Assembly (NCBI RefSeq): GCF_020745735.1
Contig: NC_083437.1
Span: 25,110,001 to 25,174,000 of the forward strand
DNA length: 64,000 nucleotides
Direction of reading: 5' to 3'
Origin: Hemiscyllium ocellatum
Taxonomy: Eukaryota
The position numbers were made by a program, and so were the translations under genes. This document shows positions 55,301 through 64,000 of the stretch, piece by piece. The first letter of the stretch is position 1, and every line of letters begins with the position of its first letter. The notes beneath the pieces were generated by a model that made no database searches, had not been told where the DNA came from, and worked only from the letters and a program-made list of their open reading frames with translations.

Positions 55301-56434
55301 CTAAAGCTATTTACCAGTACATTAATCAATAACAAAAACAGATTTTAAAAAGCCCTCTCTGCCATACAAACATTTGGGATAGATAAAAAGTCAGCATGTA
55401 GACAGTAGCAAATCAGAAACAGCTATTGTACACATTCTAGTATAAGTAGCTATGCATCTTTAGAAGAAGACATAGTATGTAGTGAGGATAAGGAGAAGTA
55501 ATTGGAACCAAACTAACTCAGTGGAAAGCAATTTCATATAAACTATACACAATTAAAGAAACAGCCAATTAAAAGTCTTCCCAACCTTCTCAATCAGAGG
55601 CTTGATACAATGCAATGTGTCCTGGATGTACTGGTTAAGCTCTGGGTGGCACGACATCTAGACAAAGTGAGCAAAGGGTAAACAAAGCAGTATTCAGAAT
55701 TTTTTAAGTCATTAATTCATAATTGCTCCATACTAAACAGACTCAAATGATGCATCCGAGTAGCAAAGAGCAACAAAGTTCAGGGCACAAACTATCTTAG
55801 TCTGAAATCGTCTTCTGCAGCATAGCAACAAGCTGGAATCTCATCACTTGACTCACCTGGACAGGTACATTGTACTTTTTCCTCTTCTGAAAGATTCCAA
55901 TTGGATAAACCTCACGAACATACAAGATCATATGAATAGCTACTTCCAGAAATTCACACAGTACATCTGCAACAACTGAAGAGAGAGGCAGTGCAAAGAT
56001 AAGACCAGCTGCACATAAAGATACACAAAGATATTGCAGCACATCCAATAAACAGCATAGTGCTTGTTTAGATATTAGTTGAATGTAGAGTTAGGGAACA
56101 CAGTTATAGAGGCCTCAGCATCTTTGTACAGGATGCAAAAGAAACTGAATTATCCTCATTCCACATCACTAATTAACTTTGACTCAGATATGATATCAGG
56201 TGAATAGGGGATCGGATGCAGTTATGATGACCACCACTATCCATCAGCCATTTGGGCAAGCAGCAGCCAACCATGCAACTACCTCCCAAACTGTAAGCAT
56301 GTTAGAAGGAAATGGGAGTTAACTGAAAATAAAATAGTTGGGGATTTTGTTACAATTTCAATATTACTGATAGTGAGAATATCAAAAACTGCACCTTGTC
56401 CAAAATTGAGGTCCTGTCGTGTAAGGGTGGTCAT
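46331..56434 (-). CDS. MAD2L2: mitotic arrest deficient 2-like 2 / REV7 (HORMA protein; 8 coding exons, 211 aa)
   Basis: Join 56395-56434, 55857-55975, 55586-55657, 54569-54669, 53918-54012, 53461-53534, 46841-46933, 46331-46372 = 636 nt. [26 protein letters not shown]...[24 protein letters not shown]. Confidence 0.98.
46841..46933 (-). CDS. MAD2L2: MAD2L2 coding exon 7
   Basis: [31 protein letters not shown]. Confidence 0.95.
48078..50350 (-). mobile_element. CR1 LINE remnant in MAD2L2 intron
   Basis: [21 protein letters not shown]; [15 protein letters not shown]; [18 protein letters not shown]; (CATAGAA)n tail. Confidence 0.92.
52310..53050 (+). mobile_element. Rex1/Babar-like LINE 3' fragment
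   Basis: [21 protein letters not shown]...[37 protein letters not shown]. Confidence 0.75.
53461..53534 (-). CDS. MAD2L2: MAD2L2 coding exon 6
   Basis: [24 protein letters not shown]. Confidence 0.95.
53918..54012 (-). CDS. MAD2L2: MAD2L2 coding exon 5
   Basis: [31 protein letters not shown]. Confidence 0.95.
54569..54669 (-). CDS. MAD2L2: MAD2L2 coding exon 4
   Basis: [33 protein letters not shown]. Confidence 0.95.
55586..55657 (-). CDS. MAD2L2: MAD2L2 coding exon 3
   Basis: [24 protein letters not shown]. Confidence 0.95.
55857..55975 (-). CDS. MAD2L2: MAD2L2 coding exon 2
   Basis: [39 protein letters not shown]. Confidence 0.95.
56395..56434 (-). CDS. MAD2L2: MAD2L2 first coding exon
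   Basis: [13 protein letters not shown]; acceptor 12 nt upstream of the ATG (exon starts 56446). Confidence 0.94.
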
Positions 56435-56999
56435 GTTTACAAACACCTGTCAAATAAAAAAAACATTACAACTAATCCAGAGAGCAGTGTCATATTTTCA
56501 GATGAACAATGTGTAACAAATTCTCCAAGGCATTTAACAAACAAGATAATCAATAAAAAATTGACACGAAGACACACAAGATTTAAAGTTAGATGAACAA
56601 AAGCTTGGTCGAGGAGAGTTTTCAGGGAGCATTATAAAGGAGACGAGAGCAAGATCTTTTCCTCCCTGTCTCAGCACAATCCCCTTTGGAATATTTATAG
56701 CGATTTTTATTGATAATTCAACAGATCAACACTTCGAATATTATTTCAATGCAAATCCAATTCTGTGTTTAAATTGGCCCAAGACGATACTGCCCTATAA
56801 ATAGGACCAATTTTGTTCTGTAGTCAGAACAAGACAGGTACAAGAGGAGACGACAACAACAGAATAGTTGGGAATGATACGTGGACAAAACCTTAACCGG
56901 ACACCCAGATATTTGGTTCCGTACCCCGGCCTATCCGAATACTAAGTCGATTGCTGATCGCCGTTCACACTGCTAGCGACTGATTACACTTCGGATTGA

Positions 57000-57170
57000 T
57001 TCTGCCGACAAGCCCATTGTTCCGGGATTCCCCCCGCCCCCTAGGCCGCATCCATCGTGGGCCCCTTGGGCCTGACCTTGCCCTGCTGCGCCGTACGCCG
57101 TGATGTCATCAGCCTGCGTAGCGAGAGCGCGAGCTTCAGTTTGAACCTAACGGTTTCGCGCGAGACAGAG
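57000..57170 (-). promoter_or_regulatory. MAD2L2 CpG-rich promoter / upstream exon 1
   Basis: CpG cluster, GC box CCCCGCCCC, CRE-like TGATGTCA, donor-like AAG|GTCAGG with exon end at 57077. Confidence 0.6.
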
Positions 57171-57570
57171 TGGTTCTGGTCTGTCCACCATGTGTCCACC
57201 TCTCTCCGCCTTCACACCGCCCACCTTCACCCCTCCATCGACACTTATTATCCTCACCTTTACACCCTTCGCACTTACCAAACACTCACCAACCTTCTTA
57301 CGTTCCCACCCACAGATCTACACCGTCACCCCGAGACCTTGCCCTCTATTTTTAACAAAAGCGCTCCCGTTGACACATTCACCTCTCCCTTACAGCTCCT
57401 TACCTCATCCCGTTCACCTTCCTTTCTTCTTCACCACACACCTTCCATTCTCTCACATCCAACTCGCTCCAACCCTCACTTTCACCTCACCTTTCCACTG
57501 TCACATCTCATTCCCCACACGTTCCACCTTCATCTCCATGCCCATCTAAATCCCACACTCATCTAAACTA

Positions 57571-57779
57571 AGTTAAAAATCACACAAAACACCAGGTTAT
57601 AGTCCAACAGGTTTAATTTGAAGCACTCTAGCTTTCGGAGCGACGCTCCTTCATCAAGTGATTGCGGAAGGCTCGATCGTAACACAGAATTTATAGCAAA
57701 AATTTGCAGTGTGATGTAACTGAAATTATACGTTGAAAAATTGATTGTCTGTTAAGCCTAATACCGGCATCTCCAAATC
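57571..57779 (-). mobile_element. short Penelope-like insertion (same family as 23299) upstream of MAD2L2
   Basis: TSD ATCTAAACTA at 57561 and 57780; hammerhead-like TTGATGAAGGAGCGTCGCTCCGAAAGCTA on - strand. Confidence 0.78.
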
Positions 57780-58244
57780 ATCTAAACTATATCGGTGTGG
57801 GCTGGAGTCACGTTTGGTAGGCCACAGTGGGTAAAAATTGCAGGTTTTCCTTCCCTGAAGAGTATTAATGAACTACATTTGTTTTACTGACAATTCCTAG
57901 TTGCTATTAGACTAGCTTTTTGAATTCAAGATTTATTAACTAAATCCAAATTTGATCATTCGTGTTTCTGGAACTTTGGTCCCTGGAATACCAATCCTGT
58001 GATAATGCCTGTACTCCATTAACTCTTCCTTTTTACATTAGTAACAGAAATAATGTATTGTTGATTTTCTAATTGTCAAGTTCTGTTTCAATTCTTCACC
58101 AAACAGCAAGATCATTATTTGTAAGTTCATACGTTTTTACTCATAAAACAGAATGGACATGAGAAACTTTTTATTTAAATGGTGAGTTGTTGTGATCTGG
58201 ATAGGGGACAGAAGCAGATTCATTTGGAGTATTAAAGAGTTAAG

Positions 58245-58513
58245 TAGAGGGGAAAGATATAAAAGAGACCTAAGGGGCAACTTTTTCACACAGAGGGTGA
58301 TCCCTGTATGGAATGAGCTGCCAGAGGAGGTGGTGGAGGCTAGTACAATAACAACATTGAAAAGGCATCTGGATGGGTATATGAATAGGAAGGGTTTGGA
58401 GGGATATGGGCTAGGTGCTGGCAGGTAAGACTAGACTGGGTTGGGATATCTGGTCGGCATGGATGGGTTGGACCCAAGGGTCTGTTTCCGTGCTGTACAT
58501 CTCTATGACTCTA
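58245..58513 (+). mobile_element. CR1 3' end fragment
   Basis: [29 protein letters not shown]; CTCTATGACTCTA tail. Confidence 0.9.
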
Positions 58514-59989
58514 TACTTGAAGGGAAAATATTCCTATGGAGGAGGAAAGAACAGGACCGTGAGATTAATTTGTATAAATCCACCATTCAAGGTTATTCAC
58601 TCACAGAGCAGTAAGATTTTGAAACTTATTGGTGAATTGAATAGGATAGATGCATTTAAAGAGACGCCAAAAAAAACAGAAAGGAGTAGGGAATATGATG
58701 AAATGGTAAAATGAAGAGGGGAGAATGAACATTTGTGTTAATCATCAACACGGACATAATTCCACTGGATCTGATGTTTTATTTGTGTTGTACATCTGTA
58801 TCTATAAATACATAATTAGAATCACTATTGTTTGCTTTGCTGTTTCCCTGACCATAAATGCCCCAGATTCATCTGATGTCCGTCACATGACCTGATCTTC
58901 CCTACAGTGAAGAATGGCAATCGCCTGTATACTATTTTCTGTATACCTTTACTATTTTATACAATTTCTGTATACCATTTTCTCTCCTGTTTGGTATTTT
59001 ATTTCATCGATTTCTGTGTCACACACATTTATATTAAAATTGCAGCCAGTTCTTTCAATTGATAACCCTGTTGGTTTGATTCTTGTGTCATAACTTCCTG
59101 TCTTTTCTGTTCTCTTTAGATTTTCAATTCCCAGTTACCCATCCTCAATTAGCATCTTACTTGCTGTGATTTCAATTGCTTTCGGTCAGTATTCTCGATA
59201 TGTTTGTAACTATTTGAGTGGTGTTCTTTTTCCTGGGATTTTTTTTGGCCGCTCAATTTAAATTTTAAGATTGTGTCTCCTTGCTCTGAATTCCCTTACT
59301 CGAAGGAAAAGTCAACCCCATCTATAAAATTTTCCCACAGATATTTTAAACGTGGACTCACCAGCCTCCAATCTCCTTACCCTCATAAACTATAATCCAA
59401 CGAGCCCTCCATAACTTCCACTGATGTTGCATTTTCTCGTTTTTTGAACTTCCGGATTGAAGAAGTGTCTCATTAACTTTTTATTGATTTGATTACGCAG
59501 ATCTCTGAATTCCTACGTTCAACTATCCCGTTCACTCTTATTCTCTGTTAATACATATGCAATTTTACACGTTGTTACGTTAAATTGCAACTGCCACCCG
59601 TTATTCACTCCTGGTCTATCAACCTCACGATCTTCTTTCCACCATTCTCACTTTTTCCAGATAAGTTTCTTGGATTTGCTCCTCTTCATTCCTAAAACAC
59701 GCTAAGAATATATTTCTCACAGGGTTACCTGGGAGATGTCATTTGTGATACCCAAATCTTAGAATGATCTTTTGCTACCATGATGCTGCCTCCAGTTTCA
59801 TTGCATCGGTTGAACAGGTCCAAACCTCTTCACATGTACCCAACATCCTCTCATCTCCCCCTCCATCCACCTTTTCAGCAATTCAGGTTGGGCAAACAAT
59901 TTATTAGATGTTCATGGTTCTCTGCCTCCAGTTTGTTTCTGTTTTTGTATTTGGTTGTCTGTACCTCTTGTTGCATTTCTTTATTCTTT

Positions 59990-60154
59990 CGCGTTGTGCC
60001 CGCCCCCACGTCTGCCGCTGACATCATTTTCCGGAGCGCGCCCCGGGAGCGCGGATCCTCAGCTCTGTCCCAGTCTCTAGGATATTGAATCTTCGGTGCT
60101 GTCAGGTTGTGGAAAGCGGTCACAGTCTGTGCTTCGTCCCCTGGAGATACACAG
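59990..60154 (+). promoter_or_regulatory. CpG-rich promoter and putative non-coding first exon of the next + strand gene (DRAXIN by synteny, unproven)
   Basis: GC box, TGACATCA, TTCCGG ETS-like site, donor CAG|GTAGGA at 60154/60155; no coding exon found in the window. Confidence 0.4.
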
Positions 60155-62303
60155 GTAGGAAGTGTCCTGACCGACGACAATGCTCAAACCCCAAAAGTCG
60201 CCCTTTTTAACATTATTCTGGGCGAGGCCGGTCTATTCACCTTATCGTACCTGCTGCCCATTTGCAAATAACTGTTTTAGAATTTTCATATGTTTGTGTT
60301 TACTCGAGCAGAGACAATAGCAGGTGGTTGTCAGAATGGAAGTCTCTGTGTGTATCTCTGTCTATCTCGAGTCGATGGATAGGAACCCAATTTATGTGTA
60401 AATCGTCTTCTGTCAAACTGAAAAAAAAGAGTCTAAGGTGTGTGTGTGTCGGAGGATGTGGGGAGCAATTCACATATATTATGTCACGCTGTGTGAGTAC
60501 AATCTCCACCTATTGCTTTTCAATATTTGATTGCCGCTAACTTGTTCAGATTGGACAATATGTATGTAAAATATGTAAAGTGCCAGGCATTTAATATCCA
60601 TTATTATAGGTGCAGAAGTTCTTACACTGTTTGAAACCTGGTGCTCTTTTTTTGTCTTTATTGGACACTGGAGGTAACTGGGTAGTTTGTATGATAGCTA
60701 GACTTCAGCGCTGCTTTGAACATTTGACCCAAACCCAAGGATGGGAATGAAGGTGATGCACATGTCTGGTGACACTTGGAGACACAATGCTTTGTGAATC
60801 TGACACGTAAGATATTCATGACAGGCACGAGGTTCAGTTTGTAGATAGGGTGTTCATTGAAAGTAATCGACTTATTAAGCGATCCCGGAGCATTTGGAAT
60901 TGCGGTTGATACTTAGTAAAGATGCTGCAAATGTATCTTGGGTGGTGTTTGATGTTAGAGCAGATGGGAGATGAGAGAGTATCTCCATGGGGAGCTGCAG
61001 ATGATTAACATTACCTCTGGGGCAGGAGAGATATCCGTTCAAGAATAAATACATTGAAGCTGAATAATTCCCTCAGAATACAAGTATCTTTTCCAACTGT
61101 TTACTTTATTGGCTTTTTGAATTGGGACACACTTATTTAGCCATGAAAGCAGTGATATAATGTTGTATTATTATTGTGTGCTGTGTATTTGCAAAGCCCC
61201 GTCTATGGTTCGTCGATCATCTTGACATGTGTCTTTTTCTTTGTCTAAGTTCCTCCGCCACACCTCTGAAGGCGTCTTTCTTAGTGGAGTGCAGTTCCGT
61301 GGACCGACCAAATTAGAAATGATTAGCCCAGACATTAAGTGTATACAGCATATTCACCACACTGAGATAAACACCAATCCAAATTCATACCTCATCCTTT
61401 AAACACCAACAGCATCCAGGGCAAATTGGTGTTCCAGATCAAATTTCCTGCCTATACGTCCTCGACAACCTGGGGTCACAAACTACCATGAACCACTTGG
61501 TTATAAACAGTTATGACTCATTCATTGTTTTACTGCAACAACTTTCTGACTCCCCAAAACTTCATACCATTCGCATGGCATGAAGCTTGAGTGTGCTGAA
61601 ATACTCAAAGAATGCAACATTATCCAGGACAAAGGAATTAATTTCATTGGCACCATTCACCACCTGAAACATTCACTTTTTTCCACCACTAGCATAATGT
61701 AAATGCAGTGCATACCATTTATAAGATGCACAGCAGCACTTCTTCAGCATACCTTTGGCACAGTTTTGCCAAACATCCAACTTCTAAAAGGGCAAGGGCA
61801 ACACACACATGAGAGCACCAGGTGTCGTTTCCACCTCCCTCCCCCCAGTCAAACATCATTTTGACTTGGAAATGTATCATCATTGCTTCGTCACAAGACA
61901 AATTCCTGGAACTTCTGACTTAACAACTATATGAATATATACCTACACCCTTCAAACTGCAATGGGCCTCCCCACCATTCAGTCATTGAATATATTTAAG
62001 GCTGAATTGGAAAGATTTTTAATCTAGAAGGAAGTCAATGGTAATGAGGGACAGACAAATGTAGTCAAAGTCACAAATTCAAATCAACCATGGTCTTTTT
62101 GAATATAACTGTTCAACAGTAAGTAACCAAAAGGTTACTCCTACTCCATTTCCTGATGGTCTTATATACAAAGATAATTCAGGATGGAATTAAATGCTCT
62201 ACTTGCTGGCGTTGAGCAAATGTGCCCACATTGAGCAAATAAAAAACCTCACTTGCTGCAAAATAAATATTAAAGAACTGGAATTTATATACAATTAGCA
62301 ATG

Positions 62304-62475
62304 TTTGAGAAGATTTGTAGCTCAAGTTGATGATAAGTATGTAAGTTAGCTTGCTGAGCTGGAAGGTTTGTTTTCAGACATTTCGTCACCATGACTAGAT
62401 CATGTTAGCTAGCCATGGTCATGAAACATCTGAAAACAAACTTTCCTGCTCTGTGAGCTAATTTACATACTTATT
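62304..62475. mobile_element. palindromic short derivative of the Poseidon-type element
   Basis: TTTGAGAAGATTTGTAGCTCA terminus as at 23637; arms GTTTGTTTTCAGA / TCTGAAAACAAAC. Confidence 0.7.
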
Positions 62476-62579
62476 TACTTACAATCTTAGACCATCCCAA
62501 AATGGTTCACAGTCAGTGAAGTACTTTCAACTGTAATGGCTATTGTAATACATAAAATAGATGAATGTTCAAGTGGGGA

Positions 62580-62830
62580 GGAAGTGGCATCGTGATAATG
62601 GCACTGGACTTGTAATTCAGAACCCTAGGCTAATGTTCTGGGTCATGAGATTGAAACCCACCATATGAGATGATGAAAGATGAATTCAAAAAACCCATTT
62701 GGTTCACTATTATCTTTTAGGGAAGAAAATCTCTCTTTTTACCCGGTCTGACCTATTTGAGACTTCAGATCCACAGCAATGCAGTTGACTCTTAATGGAT
62801 TCTAGGAAATAAATGCTGGCCTAGCCAAAA
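62580..62830 (+). mobile_element. old tRNA-derived SINE-like repeat (other copies near 8110-8400, 22865-23080, 53060-53290)
   Basis: Recurrent CACTGGACT..TAAT.CAGA and TT(C/G)AAA(T/C)CCCACCAT motifs. Confidence 0.5.
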
Positions 62831-64000
62831 CAGACCACAAATCAGGATGATATGCTTTAGATACATGATGACTTCAAAGTTAATACATTATGCCCCATGT
62901 AAGTTTGTTTTACAAAAAAAACTGAGAAAAGGGTTTTCCATTTTGCTACAACCTTCAATCACACACACCTTCTGTGCCATTTATAGATTTAAAATCTAGT
63001 CTCTACATTTCCTCCAAGTGGGAGATAGATATAAGACAGAGAAGGGAGAAACGTGGCCATGAACATTGAGAGGGGAAAAAATTCATTCAAGAATCATTCA
63101 TGGAGAGGCTGAAATGTGGAAAAGTTTGTTTCTCTGTTCTGGTGTGAAGGCAGGTACAAGACCCACACTGAATTAGGAGTATTTTTTTAAAAAAAATAAT
63201 TTTTCACCATTTGTGTCTTAATGGCATGAAAATGTTAATTAGTTATTGAGATTTTCATTGAAATTTTAAAATCAGTAAACTCAGACATAGTATTTGATGC
63301 TACATCTTATTCCTTTCCAATCCTGCCTTTACTCTTCACAAGAGTTGGCACAGAATTAATGATGCCAAGGGTGTCCTTTTGTGCTGTAATATTCAATAAT
63401 TCTCACTCAAGCTTCTATCTCAGCCCTGGACAAACTAGTTTTGGACTTTGCTTTACATCAGTTTTGAACTTTTGCGTTTAGAGCATGTTCTAAATGGAAT
63501 GGAAAAATGTGCCTAATGTTAAATGTTACACTTCACTGAGCACAGCTGACTGAGCAGCTTAGAGTGTCCTGTAAATATCACAAGCATGACATGACATGAT
63601 AACAGCAAAGATAAAGGATTGCAAGTCATTTTGACAATTTATTTCTATAGTCTCATTAGTTTCCTGAAAACGCCATCTATTCCTGAGGAATGGAATTCAC
63701 CAGGAGGCATTGCACAATAACTTTAATGTAGTCCAGAGATCCTGAGACACATTGAAATGCTTCTGCAATCATTTTGACTGATATAGGCTGAACTTAAGCA
63801 GTTCAATAATTGAATCCCAAACCTTGTCTTGTAACTGGGTAGTTATGCATAACTTTTATGGTCTGAACAATTGGGGGAAGTTTTGATTGATCTTGGTATA
63901 CGTTAAAGAAAGTTCAATGGTAATTAATCTGCTCCTAACAGTTGCACAGAATATGACTTTGTTGCTGCAGCTGAACTCAAATTCTCTGTCTCACCTCACA

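Noticed and set aside
57057-57566. 169-aa + strand ORF
   Set aside because: Low-complexity C/T-rich sequence depleted of stop codons; non-ATG start; no recognisable domain
59780-60180. Overlapping ~100-aa ORFs as a DRAXIN coding exon
   Set aside because: No resemblance to Draxin or any other protein I recognise

Overview
Eukaryotic, intron-rich vertebrate DNA, most likely from a shark or other cartilaginous fish (inferred from HE1/V-SINE-type SINEs and abundant CR1-clade LINEs). I traced four spliced genes by hand, and splice sites and phases were consistent throughout. EMC1 (- strand) has its first 12 coding exons here and runs off the left edge. It is head-to-head with MRTO4 (+, 8 exons, 221 aa) across a ~455-bp bidirectional promoter. 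An AKR7A-family aldo-keto reductase (-, 7 exons, 347 aa) lies immediately downstream of MAD2L2/REV7 (-, 8 coding exons, 211 aa). A CpG-rich putative first exon near 60 kb may belong to the next + strand gene (DRAXIN by human synteny; unproven). Introns and intergenic DNA carry CR1 LINEs (one near full length with esterase ORF1 plus APE/RT ORF2), HE1-like SINEs, RTE and Rex1 fragments, and several Penelope-like elements. Most notable: hammerhead-ribozyme cores in three Penelope-like families with covarying stems, including tiny TSD-flanked palindromic derivatives; an in-frame acidic tail after the MRTO4 TGA; a decayed MRTO4 exon-6 copy; an inverted repeat linking the MAD2L2 3' UTR to its intron; and a possible N-terminally extended REV7. 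Gene identities come from my recall of the human proteins; no searches were run.
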